Below, piece by piece: positions 1-15,207 of a stretch of 64,000 nucleotides of DNA. The notes under the pieces are model-generated. The model saw only the letters and a list, made by a program, of their open reading frames with translations. It was not told the DNA's origin and searched no databases. The translations under genes were made by a program, and so were the position numbers. Positions within the stretch are counted from its first letter, which is position 1; every line of letters starts with the position of its first letter. This DNA is from Piromyces finnis finn (taxonomy: Eukaryota > Fungi > Neocallimastigomycota), in the NCBI GenBank assembly GCA_002104945.1, contig MCFH01000081.1, forward strand, positions 1 through 64,000, written 5' to 3'.

Positions 1-2785
1 AGCATCAGAAACAATAATATTCTTAATACTTCTGCTTGGAAGATCTATTCATAAAATAAAATAGTAAATTGATTTTTAATGATTATTTACTAAAAATATT
101 ATCTTTTTTTAAAAAATATAAAAAGTGCTTTAAAAAAAAAAAACTTACTATTTGATAATTTCTTTAAAGCAGCATTATTTGGACTAACAAAGATAACATG
201 AGCAGCTTGTAATTCAGTGATAGTAGCAGCCCATTCAGCAAGGTGTTCATAAATAAATTGATGCTTACTCTTTTCCTTTCCAAGATAATCCTTAATAATA
301 ATGACTGGATGGTTGTTGATCTATTTATATATATATATTAAAATTATATAAATATTATATAAAAAAAAATAATTAATAATTTAATAATTACAATATATAT
401 ATAATTATTTTAATTTTTTTATTATTTATTTTACTATTATTAAGATATATTACATTCTTATCATCGTTCTTTAAATTGATATTTTGATTAATCTTATTTA
501 TAGCAATACTAAGGAGTTCAAGAATTTCATTAAATTTGGATTGAGAATTAGAAGCAGATGCTTTTTTTTTAAAAATATATATATAATAATATTACAAAAA
601 AAAAATAGGTTTTTAGAATAAATAATAATACACAATATATATAATATGCAATACATACAATTCTTTTGACCAAGAGAATTCATTAAAAGAGTATCAAAGA
701 GATTACTTATAACACCAGTACTAACAGTTGGGAATACACCAATTTGACTAGCAAAGTTACTTAACATTTTGCTGGAATCTGGTTGCATAGCTAAGGCTTC
801 ACAATCAATAATAACATAATTGCTAATTAAAATATATATATATTTAGTATAGTTTTTTAAAAAAAAAATAATAATAATAAAGAAACTATAATAATGAATA
901 CTATCTACAATATCCACAATATATCCTAATATATATTTATTGAATTGAAAATAAAAATAATAAATAATAATGATTACTTAATATCCTTGATAAGTTCTTG
1001 AACTAATGCTGTCTTTCCAGAACCAGATGGACCATTAATAAGAATAAAAGTTTCTGGATTTTCTTTTAAGTAACTTTCGATTTGTTGTAAATTTTCTTCT
1101 TGTTCTTCAGTTAATTTTTTTTCATCATCATCATGAGATTTTTCTAACAATTTTACAAGCATTGCTGGATTCCAACCCACCTTTCTTCTTCTGAGTCTCT
1201 TTGATTTGTAAAAATTATATCTACCAGTGAACTTATTAACAACAAAGAAGATTCTAATTGGATCTAAAACATAGTAACCTAAAATAATAATACCACCGAC
1301 AGCAATTGGTAACTATATTTAATTTTAAACAATATATTTAAGTTAATTTATTTTTAATCGCTATAATAAAATGTTTATTTTTATTAATCATTAAAATAGC
1401 ATTTTTTTCTTAGATACGAACAATAATTTTTGGATGATGGGTGCATAAATGACTTATGGCACTAAAAAGCTATATATAATATATTTTATATAATAAAAAG
1501 TTTTTAAATGTTAATTATAACTAATATTTTTAAAGGTAATTTTCATTTAAAAAAAAAAAAAAATCTACTAACAGTAAGGTTATCATATTGAATAGTAATT
1601 TTAGTTCCATCGATAACACAATCATTTAAACAAATTTTTGCACTAGTAGCTGATCTTCTACTCTTGAAGATAATGCGGGCTTTATCATCATTCTTTTTAG
1701 AAGAAATTTCAACAATTGGTCCAAATTTTCTAAAGTGTCTGAAAAGGGTTTCCTTTTTTTTTATTATTATTGAAAGAATTAATGTTAAGAAATAATTAAT
1801 AATAATATTTCATGTTTAGCTATTACTTTTTTTTTTTTTTTTTTAATATATATATATTGCAATAGTTTGGTTTTAATATTTAAAATGTTTAATTTGAATT
1901 TAAATATTATAGCATACTCTATCTAATGATTGACCCTTGAAATCAATTAATAATCTTTATTTAATATTATATATTATTAAGAAAAAATAATAATAATAAT
2001 AATTCAAAGATTAATATGAAATTAATACTAATATTCTATGGAATTGGATATATATATATTTTTTGACATGATAATATAAAAACATACCTAGTACTTGGAT
2101 ATATAGAATCAACATCTTCAACAAATGGTACACCTTCGACTTCAAATACTCTAACTTTTCTACCATTACAAATACTCCATGGATTCTTTTCTAATAAATT
2201 ATCACGAATAGCCTTAAGAATTTCATCCTTATCACCATTGTAAGAATATCTAACAAAAATACCACCTTCCTTAACACTTGGTTCAATACCATTTAATTCA
2301 AAATAGCTTGGGAAAGCAGAAGGTAAAAATCTTTTTTTAGCATTTTCCATCATTCTAATTTGTCTACCTTTAGTGATAAATAGATTTCTAAAATCAAATC
2401 TCGAAATTTTTAATGGAAAAACATTATCAAACCATAAAACATTTTCTTTTAAACCCTATTTTTTTATTCATTATTAATAGTTTTATGATTATATATTATT
2501 GTATTTTTGTGTAAATATATGTAATGTAAAAGAAATTATTTAAATATATATATATTAATAATTCATTTAATATTATGAATATTAAAATATAGCAATTATT
2601 TTAAAACTAAAAATCACATTATTATCAGCAGAAGAAGATTCAAAACGTAATTGTTTTTGAATAAATGGTTTATTTATTAAAGTTTTTGAGTTTAATTGAA
2701 TATTAGTTAGAGAGGTTTTCAAGACAGAATTTAAAAGTAATCCTGACTTTGGATTTATTATACTCTTTTGGTATAAACCTAACAT
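1..2785 (-). CDS. YME2: Yme2/RNA12-like organellar inner-membrane protein (presequence, RRM, TM, P-loop domain); multi-exon, 3' end runs off the left edge of the window
   Basis: ATG at 2785. Exon 1 (2618-2785) encodes a basic, Ser/Leu-rich presequence ending LRFESS. Exon 2 (2088-2455) has LWFDNVFPLK and FEVEGVPFVEDVDSIYPS. A following exon has RRM-like ETLFRHFRKFGPI...ARIIFKSRRSATSAKNC. Later exons give DPIRIFF, Walker A GPSGSGKT, IDCEALA...FASQIGVFP and (149-320) PVIIIKDY...YEHLAEWAATITELQAAHVIFVS. All match remembered fungal Yme2 motifs. Some internal exon borders are only approximate. Confidence 0.85.
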
Positions 2786-3505
2786 TTTGTCTCTTTTTTT
2801 TATATTTTTATTTTTTTTTATTCTTTCTTTTTATTTATATATAATAATTACATACAGACTTTAATTTTCTATGTTAATTAAAATATAAGAAAGAATATAA
2901 CCAATAATACTATGATGTAATAAATGGATTTATCTATATTATCAGGATATACACTTTCAATAAATAAAAAAATAAAGAAAAAATTAATATATTTTTTTAT
3001 TCTAATTAATTTTAATTATATGAAAAAAAATTTTATATAACAAACTTTTAATTAATTATTTCACGAAAAAAAAAAAAATTATTAAAACGCAATTTAAATA
3101 AATAAGATTTTTTTATTATTTGTTCCATAATTTAAATAAAACTCTCTAAGCATTAATGTAATAATGTCAAAATAATAAAATAGTTAATTAAGAGGTTGAT
3201 AGTTGATGTATAATAATAATAATATATACTATTTTTTTTTATTTTCTTTTTTTTTAATTTTTTGTTTTATTCACACGACTTAGTAATAAATTAGCCACTA
3301 TAAAATAAATAGTAAAAATTATTAATATATAATTTAATTTTCTTTACCTATAAATTAAATAAAAACTGTATTTTATTATTGATATGTTTTATTTTACATT
3401 TAAGGAATATATTAATAAAATATTTATATCCACATTACATATATTGATATATAATTATTTTATTTTATTTGAATTCTACATTTTACAAATGTTTATTCTT
3501 TAACG

Positions 3506-3538
<33 letters not shown>

Positions 3539-6500
3539 AATTATAATTCATTTAAATTAGTCTTAAATTCTAAATGTCTTAAATATTAATATTTTATATT
3601 TACACATATAAATCATATTCTTGTTTCTTATTTTACATCAATCTATATATCTTTGTTTTTTTTATATTACATTAATTCATATTTAAATATAATCATTATT
3701 AATAAATAAATTGAAACATTAAACTTTTTAGCTTTTTTTTTTTTAAATCAATTCTATATAATATCAAGAAATTTTTTTATTATGACTTTAATAATCCTAA
3801 CTATATAAATATACAATATAAATATTCATATTCTATATAAAAAAAAAGAGAGAGAGATAACTAAAATATTTAGATACCTTTAACATAACAAAATATTAAA
3901 TTTATTGTATTAATACTTTTATTAAGGATTTTATTCTTATATTAACTATTTTATTATATAACTTATCAAAGCTTTTAATAAAATTTTAATGATTACATTA
4001 TCAAAACTAACTTGATTATGAGTTATAAATATAGTTGTTATAAATCAAACTTTTGATAAACTTTTTCTTTTTTAATTTCAAACTTATTAATATATATATC
4101 ATATTTAGCATTAATATTTAATAATTTAATAAATAAAATATAATATTTATTAATAATGATTTTTCTTTCAACCATTTTATTATATATATATGTTTTGTCT
4201 TTATAACATCTAAACTTTTAATAATAATAATATTATTATTATTAAAGATTATCAGTTTATAATTTAATTATTATTATGAAATTGTTTTAATTCTTTCTTT
4301 ACATTTTTTTACTATTCATAAAATATTTGACACTGCTTAGCTAAAATTTTATAGGCTAATAGCCTATAAATTTATATAAGAAATTATAAAATGAATTTTT
4401 AATCATAGTCAAAATCATTTTAAAAAAAAACATTTTAAAATTAAAAAACTATATTTTTTCAAACTAAAAGATTTTACACGAATTATAAAAAAAAATAACT
4501 AGATTATTATTATTTTATTAATATATCCTTTAAAATTTGATACTTGTTTTACAATAACTTTTCATAAATTTATAAAATAAAACTGATTGCCCATTATTAG
4601 TTCACAAATATAAATAAATATTTAAATGTGTGTAGTAGGGTAATAGTAAAAGTATTTTTATTATATAATTAAACATAAACAAAAAAAAATAAATATAATT
4701 AGTTAATTAAATCTATAGCATGGATAATGTCAATGGATTTTTAAATTTAAATATTATTCTTTTTTTTAAAAAAATCAATAATGATTCAAAAATTTAAATT
4801 ATTTATTAAATAAGCATATTGTATAATTAAATATATTAATTTTTCAACTAGTAAAAGTAATTTTATATTTTTCATATTTATATAAAAAACAAAATAGTAG
4901 GGGTTCAACAGTTCAACTAACACTACATCTTTGTTATTAAAGCAAAACTATTTTGTAATTTGATAAGCCATATATATATAAAAAAAAGCTAATAATTATT
5001 AAATTATTCTTTAATAAATAAAACTTGAAATTCGGGTTAGGTTATCAAATGATTTAAATTTTTATAATATAAATACGATTTATTTTTAATAAATAAAAAT
5101 ATAGACTAATAATAAAAATATAAAATAGATTATAGCTATTACTATTTGAAAGTCTGTTATTCTAATACGGATGTATTCTTTAAACATTTATGATCCTTTA
5201 TTATATATCACATAGTTTAATTATTTAAGGTGATGTCCTCATGCTTCTCACACCTATTTCTATCATTACACAAAGAATAACTTTAATTTTAATTTTTTTA
5301 TATATTTGTATATATTAATTTTGTATTCAGTAATTTAATTTATATTTCATTTACAAATATTGGTTAAAATTACAATAAAAATTTTTAGTGAAACCTTAGA
5401 AAAGGATTTTACTGAAAAATAATATAATTTAAAGTTTAAATTATGATTTATGAACTTAATTAAAATCTATTCCAAATAAAGAAAAAAGCAAATATAATTA
5501 ATACAAAAGTTTATTTTTATCATAATATTTTATAATAAATAAGGTTTATTAATGAGTTAAAAATGTGTAATTTTAATTATTAAAAATCTTTAACAAATCT
5601 TTAATTTCAAGTTAACTAGAAAAAAGACTAGTTTTAAATAATTACTATTTTATTTCTATTTTATAAGTTATCCTTTTTTATAATAATGTAGACTTTTATA
5701 ATATATCTTTCTTGAATTTAGCAATGTTTAATAAATACATGACAATACAAATTATGAAACAAGTGTTTATATAGAATAATATTTTATGGTAATAAATTTT
5801 GATGCAAATTACCATAATTTAAAATATTGACGGATAAAAAAATTAGAATATTGAATTTAATCCACCAATTTCATTTTTCTTACTAAATTGATATATAAAT
5901 AAATATATTGATTCATTATATTATTTATATAATATATATAATATTATTTGAATTTAAATCATAATCAACAAATAAAATAAAAATTTAATACATTATTAAC
6001 CTATAAATAATTATATTAATATCAATATATTCTAATATATGTCATTAAAAAATTATAACATATTATATACTCAATTTAATTATGGAATATTTTTTAAACA
6101 TCATCATGATTTATAGGATTTATGAAATACAAGAATGGAAACTTTAAAAAACATGATTTAAATACAACTTAATATTTAGCCAAATAATAATAATAATAAT
6201 AAAAAAAAGAGTATGAATATAAAAAAAAACAATAATTTTTCAATAATAAATGTATCATTTAAAATTAAAAGTAATTGTAATTACTAAAATAGATAGTTAG
6301 TATAGTTTCACTATTGAGTACATTAAAACTTAACATTAAATAGTTATCATTATAATATGATATCTTTTTTTTTTTCTATACAAAAAAAGATATTAGAATT
6401 TATATAGATTAGCCATAAAGTCATAATAGTAATCTCTTTTTAAATATATTTATGAGAATAATAAGTGTGTGGAAATTATATGTAGAATTATAAAAAAAAA

Positions 6501-8764
6501 ACCAAAGTTTTAGATAATATATGTCATCATCAACACTATAAAATGAGGTTTAACCAAGTGATTTAAAAGTATTACAAGTACATAATGGACATAATGGTTG
6601 AACCAAGTAATTTATTAATAAATATAGATTTGATTCTAAATATATAAATAGAAATAAATAATAATAAAATAATATATATAACATGATATTGATTATTGTA
6701 ATTTTAATATAATTATAACATATTATTATCTAATAGTATCATTTATTTGATTTTTCCCTCTTTTGTTTTGTTTTGTTTTATTCTATATTATTAATATATT
6801 ATATATATAATATATATAATTAAAATTACCAATCCTAATTATATGTAAAAATAAAAGACTTATCTTATTGGTAATAATATATAATAATATATAATACAAT
6901 AATATTGGAAAATATATGTTGCTGGATATTATTTAGGATTAAGGATAATTATTTTTTCAAATGACATAACATAGTAGTAAGCTTATGATGTATATATTAA
7001 TATTCTGGCAAATAATAACCTTCAATGATTATATCACATTCATAATAATGATAGTAACTTTATTAATAGTAGTAATTAAAACTAATAACGTTTTATTAAA
7101 CTGTGAAATATTTTATTTCACCATTTCTCTCTCATTAATTTAATCACTAAAAATAATAAAAACAAATAAAAATGCATAATAATCATTGACCTTTTATATT
7201 ATTATTTCTTATCATGATATACAAAAAAAAAAAAGCGACTAATGACATAAATTTAATTATTTGTAATTAAAATATTATGAAAACTTATTTTGTATGGCTG
7301 AGGTATTTTTGTAATATTTCTGTATTTATTACTATAAAATCTATTAAACATAAACATGGCGTCAATTAACCTTCCATTATTAAAAAAAGACTATTTTAAT
7401 AGTAATATTCATTTATTTTATTATAAACATAAAATATAGATAATACTGAATATTTTAATTATTAAAAATATTTACTTTATTATTAATACTTGCAAAAGTC
7501 TGATATGATATAAAAATAAAATTTATCAAACATTCTTTTCTTGTTCATATTTTAATTTTTAAATATTTAAATATATGTATAATAAGCCACAAAATATTAT
7601 ATTTTTTAAAAAAAAGTTTAATGGGAAATTCTTTATATAAAAATTAAATATATAGGATGAAGACACGAGTTCTTTACGGTTAACGACTACTTATAATCAT
7701 AGGTTCATTTTCAAGAATTTTATGAAAATTCCGTTTTATATACACTTTTTTTTATTTGGTATTTCAAAACTATTAAAAATAAATAAATAAAATTATATAC
7801 CTATTTAATAATTTAAGTCATTCACAATTTATTCCAAATAAGAATTTATTATTATTATTATTATTAGTAGTAGTAGTAGTAGTAGTATTCAAAATTTAGA
7901 ATTATAATTATATTTGATAAATTAGCACGCACTTATATCTAAAAAAATAGTAATTTACATTTCTCACACATTTCTCTACCATAGTATTGTTAGTTTTTTT
8001 ATAGTAAAATTTACTTTGGTATATAAAGATCATTTCAATAGTATTTCACATCTTTAACATTATTAAATTAAGCATTTACATACAAATAAGTCTTTTTAAT
8101 TGTTCCTTAATCAAACACCAATACTGTTCTTTTACCTTTTTTTTTTTTACCTTTCTAATTCCTTTTTGATAATTCATTTTCAATTTTTAATATTTGTTAT
8201 GCTAAATTTTAAATTATATATTTTCTTATTATTAATATAATAATATATAAATTTCAATTTATTAAGTATTCACTATAATATATTACAATATATTAAATTA
8301 ATTTTAAAAAATAAAATAAAAACAATTAATAAATTTTATTTTATATTCTTTTGGTTAAACTCTCTTTTAAAAGAATGAAACTTTTAAAGTTATATATATT
8401 CCAATATATTGTATTATATATTAATAATTTGTGAGGTATTTATTTTTATTAATTAATATATATTAATATAGAATAAATCTCTATCATTAGATAATATAAT
8501 ATATTATGTAATAGTAATAGTATAATATATTAATCTAATAATTATTTGAAAAGAGTTAAATGTCATATTACAACATATAAATATCAATATATATAATGTA
8601 ATATAATGTAATATACGTTAGATATATATTATTAGTATATTCATATATAATAAAATTATATAGAATTTTAATATCTAAAATAAAAAAGTTTAAAATAAAT
8701 AATTTTATATGATATAGGATTTGAAATAAGAGCGCAAATTGTTAATAAATAATCATATAACCAT

Positions 8765-8803
<39 letters not shown>

Positions 8804-9807
8804 CATGAAATATTAAATCATCACTCATAATTATTAAATAAATAATAATTATTACCTACTTTCTAATAATATAAAAAATAATAATAATAATAATTAATAA
8901 ATATTATTTATTGTTTATTATATACTTTTATATATATTTATAATATTTATCTATTTATTATTATTTATGACATTTTAAAAAATTATATAATTAATAATAA
9001 TATTTCATATAATAAAATAGTACCATAAATTTTAATAATTTATATAATTATAATAATATTTTCTTTTATTTTATTTTTTCTCTACTTTTTTTTTTCTTTT
9101 CAAAATTATTCAAAATTTAAAAAAAGAAAAAAGTTGTATAATATTATAGTATTAATATTCTAAATGATAATATTCAATAATCTTAAAAACTTTCAAAAAC
9201 AACAAATATATATAAAAAATAATAACAAAATACCTATATCATATTAAATATTAATAGTCTATTAACAAGGTAAATATCATATAAATTTCGTAATTATGTT
9301 TCTTATATATGCACACACAATTTCACAAAACAGAATTTGAAACCAAAAAAAATAAAAAATAAAAAATAGAAATAATAATAAAAATAAAAACAACATATTA
9401 AATAGTTAAAATAATATTAAATAGAAAAAAGAGAGAGGAATAAAGATATTAATTGGAAATAATTTTAATAGTAGACACTATAATAATAATTTAAATTCAA
9501 AAAATATGGAATAAACAATAATAATATAGAAAAGAGAAAAAAAAAGAATGGAAAAGAAAATAGATATAATATATATTGATTCTATCGGCATTTAGTAATA
9601 AAAAAAAAAAAGACACAGTAATAGCTTTAATATTGGAGAATTTTTATAATTAGAAATAATAAAACCTTTTAATAATATTAAAATATGGTAAATAATATAG
9701 CAAAAAAATAATGGTATTATATATATGGAAAAGCATTTGGAAATTTAAATATTTAATTTTTAAGAAACATATTTCTTAAAAATAATGATAATAATAATAG
9801 AAAATGG

Positions 9808-9851
<44 letters not shown>

Positions 9852-10263
9852 GAATAAAAGTGTGTTTTGTAAAATAAAAATTATTAGACTTTATATTTTA
9901 AATATGAAATAATGTGTATAAAATCCTAAGAGTTATTTATAAATAACTTCTACCATTTATAAAAGTTTAAAAAAAAAACTAATAAGTTATAATACCAAAG
10001 AATATATTATAATAATGACTTCAAAAAAAAAAAATAACATTTAATAAAATGTAAAAAATGTAAAAATATATATATATAAGAACATAAAATATTTACATAT
10101 ATATTAGAAATTTAATTTTTAATATCTTTTTTAGAATAAAAAATATTAAATTAACATTACATTTAAACATTTATATATTATATATATTATATATTATTAG
10201 TAATAAATCATATAAGAAAACTATCAAACTCTTTTTCTTTAACATTATAAAACTTTAATAATA

Positions 10264-13200
10264 ATGACGACAACTCTACCTGCAATATTACCTTCACTGA
10301 CGCCTACTTCTTCCCCAACAAGGGAGTCAAGTACTTATAATGAAAACGCTTTACTATCTATGAATAGTAATCAAAATATTACACCAATATCTTCCTTTTT
10401 AAATACAAATAATACACCAATAACACCAGATTCTTGTAATTCTTCTTCTTTTACTAATAAATTACCAAAAATAAAGCTTGTATTAAAACTACCACCTTCT
10501 ACAACCCCTAAAAAACGTTCTGTCTCTAAATCTACTTCAACAATATTACATAAACCAATAAATATCCCACCTTCTGATTCTTCCATTAATCATATAAGTA
10601 AAAATGACCTAAGTGCCTCAGCAAAAACTGCTATGATGATTGATGAAATAATGAATACACTTTTTGATACAACAGAAATTTTACTTAGAAGTCAAAATAG
10701 TGACCAATATAAGGCAAGAAAACTTAATAGTTCTGAATCTTCAAAATCAAAATCTAAAAATACAAAATTAAGGAAAATTCGTACTAGTGCCAGTAAAATT
10801 AAAAAGTCTCCAGTAAAAATAACACCAACCAAAAAGGTAATAAAGAAAAAGCAAACTCAAAAAATAAGTCAAGAATCTAATCATCTCAAAACAATTGAAG
10901 TCTCAGAAGGACAAATTGAAGACTCAATACTAGATACAAATACTATCGTTTCAAACTCTTTATCTGAAAATAAAACAAAAAAAACAGAAATGTCTTCTGC
11001 TACCATTTCAAATGAAGAATCAAATTTAATGAAAACTACCTCTTCCATTCAATCCTCCCCAAAATTTAAAAATAATGAAATTTCCCAACAAACATTTAAG
11101 CTCAAAAAAATAAAATTCATTTACAATCCAAATACTAATAGTGATGAAAATAATAATAATAATAGTGAAAGTACCACCCTAGAAAATGGAAACCGCAAAA
11201 GAAAGTCTAGTAATCAAAAAATTACTTCACCAAAGAAAAAGAGAGAGGTTGAAAATATCAATTCTGATTCAACAGAACTTTCTAAAAGTTTATTCACTAG
11301 CGAGAAGGAAGAATCCTCTACCCATCCAATTATTCACTTAAAAGTTTCAAGTAGTAATGATGGAAATGAAGCTTCAAAGGATGATGACTCAGAACAAACT
11401 CAAAAGAAGAAAGGTAGAAAGAGAACTACACCTACAAAGAAAACTACTAAAACCACTAAATCTAAAAAAGTAAATGATACTGCTATACCAATTAATCAAA
11501 AATCACCTCCACAACGTTCACCAGAAGCTCAACCTCAAACTAAATCTTACCAAATGTCAAAATTAAATTATGCTATCAACACCAGTTATACTCCTTCTTC
11601 CTCTAAATTGAATCTTTCCTATACTCCATCTTATATGAACCAAAATGATGGTAGTAGATTTAATTCTTATCTTTCCTCATTAAAACATAAACCAAGTTAT
11701 GTTCATTCCCCACTTACCAATTCCTTTACTTTTGATCAAACTCAAAATAGTATACCGGCAAATAAGGAGTATATTCCCTCTAAATTAAATATTAGTACAA
11801 CAGCTTATGATCCAAATCATAATAGCTATAAAATAAAAACAACACAAATCAGTCCAACCAGTCAAATACTAAAAAATAATCTTTTGAAAAGTAAAAGTGG
11901 TAAAAAGATCACTTCTAAATCTAAAAAAGAAAAAATTAGTATTATTGATGTATTGAAGCAACGTGAAAGTCAACTTTTTACCTCTTCCTCCAAAAAGCTT
12001 CACTCTAAATCCTCTATTTCATCATATTATGGTAAACCATCTCGTAAACGTTACTCAAGTTATGTAGATGAGGCCAAGGTTAAACCTTTATCAATTCAAT
12101 CCAATACCTCTTCTATTAATTCTACTGTATCTATTATTTCTACCCCACACCAAAATGATAATACCAAAAATAAACCTGACCTCAAAGCTACCTCAAAGGT
12201 TAAGAATGAGCCTAATAACATACGTGTTAAATCATTCTCTACCCCAGCATCACCTAAAAGTTTATCAGACGATTCCTTAAGAAACAAAGCACATTCTTAT
12301 ATTCAACGCTCTCTCACCTCTTGTAAATCATTGACTGAGAAATTTGAATTTCATTCCATTCTTGGTTACGGTTCCAATGGTGTCGTATTAGGTGCAAGAA
12401 GACGTTCTGATAATTTAGATGTCGCAATAAAATATATTTATAAAACTCCTTCCTCAAAAATTTGTGAAGAAGTTAACATTTTAAAAGAAGTTTCACCTCA
12501 CCCATCTATTATTCGGTATATTGATTCCTTTGAAGATAATAATTGTATTTATTTAGTTACAGAAAAATCAGGAAGTTCCTGGGTACAAAGTGAAGATACC
12601 AATCAAATTTTAACTTGTGAATCACCAGCAACTGGTCGTATTGTTTTATATTCTACCACTTGTAACACCAGTTCTCTCTTTGATTATATTGAACTCAACG
12701 GTTGTGTTCCACCACCAGAACAAAAACGTATGTTTAGAGATATTGCGGAAGCTGTTTATGCTCTTCACTCTAACAATATCGTTCACGGTGATATTAAGGA
12801 AGAAAATATTCTAATTGATAGCCATCATAATCCAAAACTTTGTGATTTTGGACATGCTCGTCACATTAGTAATAATTCACCACCACATTTCGCTGTCTAT
12901 GGTACTTTAGAATTAAGTGCCCCGGAACTTATGCCAAACCTTAATGTTCCAAGTCACCTTACTAAAAGCCATGTTGTCAAACGTTATAATGGTATGGCTC
13001 AAGATATTTGGGCTTTAGGTCTAGTACTTTATACTATGACCCACGGAGAATTACCATTAAATCATTCTAAAGTTATCAGTAAGGAAATTGATTTAACTTC
13101 TAATAAATACAAAGAATATCCATGTACCTACAATCGTAATCTCAGTAAAGGTAAAAAAAAAAAAAACTTTTAACTAATAGAATTATAACAAATTTTCCAA

Positions 13201-13374
13201 TATTGATTAAACTTTACATATTAACAATTTTTTTTTTTTTAATTATCATTATTTTACTTTTTTTAAATTTTAATAGATTGTATCCATTTAATTCGAAGAA
13301 TGCTAACTGTGGATATGAAAAAGAGAGCTACAATTAAAGAAATCATTAATCACCCATGGTTAAAAAAGAAATAA
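10264..13374 (+). CDS. Ser/Thr protein kinase, CAMK group, PIM/PAS-kinase-like catalytic domain after a long disordered S/T/K-rich N-terminus
   Basis: Exon 1 is 10264-13150, intron 13151-13276 (GT..AG), exon 2 is 13277-13374 (DCIHLIRRMLTVDMKKRATIKEIINHPWLKKK*). Motifs: LGYGSNGVV, VAIK, SLFDYIE, HGDIKEEN, DFG, GTLELSAPE, DIWALG. Confidence 0.9.
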
Positions 13375-13536
13375 TTTTTTTTTTTTTTTTTACATTTCTA
13401 ATATTAAGATATATAAAAGTAACTATTGGATTTTCTATATTAAAAAAAAATTCGTTCGTTTATCATTTATATTACAATTACATTTTTAAAAAAAGAACTA
13501 CATATTTTAATTGATCGCTTTTTCTGGAAAATAATT

Positions 13537-13574
<38 letters not shown>

Positions 13575-14996
13575 ATAGCATATCTTATTGTTAATATGTA
13601 CAAATAATATTTAAATTAATATTTTTTTTTTACTCTATTCATAGTCGACAACTAATATATTTTAAAAACATAAAAAATGATAATAATAATACCAATTATA
13701 CTATAAACTATTAAAAATAATAATAATAATAATAATGGTATTAAAAAAATCTTCAAATATTCAATAATTGGGTATATATTATTATTAAACATTTAATTGT
13801 AAATTTTTTATATAATTTTTTCTTAAACTATTATTTTTTTTTCTCGTTTTAATTTTTTTAAAAAAAAAAAAATATTATTACTATTACAATTATCACTGTT
13901 ATTATTTTCTACTTTTCTTTAATCTACAATAGAAGTAATAGCGAATATCATTTAAAAAAAAAAAAAAAAAAATAGATAGAAACACCATAATCAAAAGTTT
14001 TATATATAATAGTAATAATATTAATTATAAAAATTTTGAATTCTCATTTTTAAGTATCATTTTTTAAGCATTTATAATAATAAAATATATATATAATTAA
14101 AATCTATAGTAATCTTTTATATTAATTATAATTTATGAAAAGATAATGAGATAATAATAATAAAAAAAAAAAAAAAGACAAAATAAAAAGTTAGGAAAAG
14201 AAGAAAAGAATACTTGAATGCTGATGAAATAAAAACTAGTAAGTTTAATAAAAAGCATCACATAAAATACAAGTATATGATGCTTTTTTTTTTTTTTTAC
14301 AAAATTTTGTTATATTTCTTTAAAATCAAGTATAATTTTATGGTATGTAAATATTAATGTAAATATTAATATATATTATAGAACGCTGGACCTATATACT
14401 TTCTTTAATTTACCTAATTTTTATTAATATATATTTGTTCTTGTTTTTATTTTTTTTGGTTTTATTTTATTTTATTATCTATTCATAATTTAAAAGTTTT
14501 ATCTTGATAATATATATTATATATTATCATTATTATGTCATATCGTTTTTTAATATTTATATATATTATTTTATAAAAAAAAAAAAAGGAATTAAAGGAA
14601 CCTTTTGAAGATATTTCTTTCCTTCCTTTTTTTAAAAGCAATATATTTAGATGATAAAACTTCATCATAATTCATAAGCTACTACTATCTCTATTATTAT
14701 TTATTTAACTCTCAATTTTCAAATTCAAATTTATAATTAAATAGACTCTAATTTAAGTTATCTAAATTGTTTTTAAATAGTATCTTTACTGCTCTAATTA
14801 TTTTATTATTTAATTATCGTGTTTCCTATAAAAAAAAAGTGTATATATATAAATCAATAATAATCTTATTTAATAATTAATCAAATTTTAGTGGATACTT
14901 TTTTTTCAATATATTAAAAATATATTACAAAAAATATATTATATATATTCATTTCAAATAATAAAAAAAAAAATTATATCTTTTTTTTTTTTTTTG

Positions 14997-15050
14997 TGAA
15001 ATTACTATTAAAAAAAAAAATTATATCTTTTTTTTTTAATAGTAATTTCA
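14997..15050. repeat. Inverted repeat with a 23-bp perfect stem
   Basis: TGAAATTACTATT-A11-TTATATC-T10-AATAGTAATTTCA. The A-run/TTATATC/T-run core is also duplicated immediately upstream (about 14963-14995). Confidence 0.8.
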
Positions 15051-15207
15051 AAATCATAAAATCAAATTTTAAAATAACATATTAGAATTGATATATATAT
15101 TGTTATCTTTTATATTTATATAATAGCATACCTATTAAATTGTTAATATAAATGAAATAATTATTAACATACAATTTTAAATAAAATTTATAAATATAAC
15201 ATTCAAA

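Noticed and set aside
5053-5064. Telomere-like words (GGGTTAGGTTA; also AACCCTAA about 37521 and TTAGGG about 60473)
   Set aside because: Single isolated units with no array.
2786-10263. 7.5-kb ORF-free region with small GC-richer patches (about 4900-5270, 6540-6610, 6900-7060)
   Set aside because: No ORF, tRNA or terminal repeats could be supported; possibly fully decayed TE sequence.
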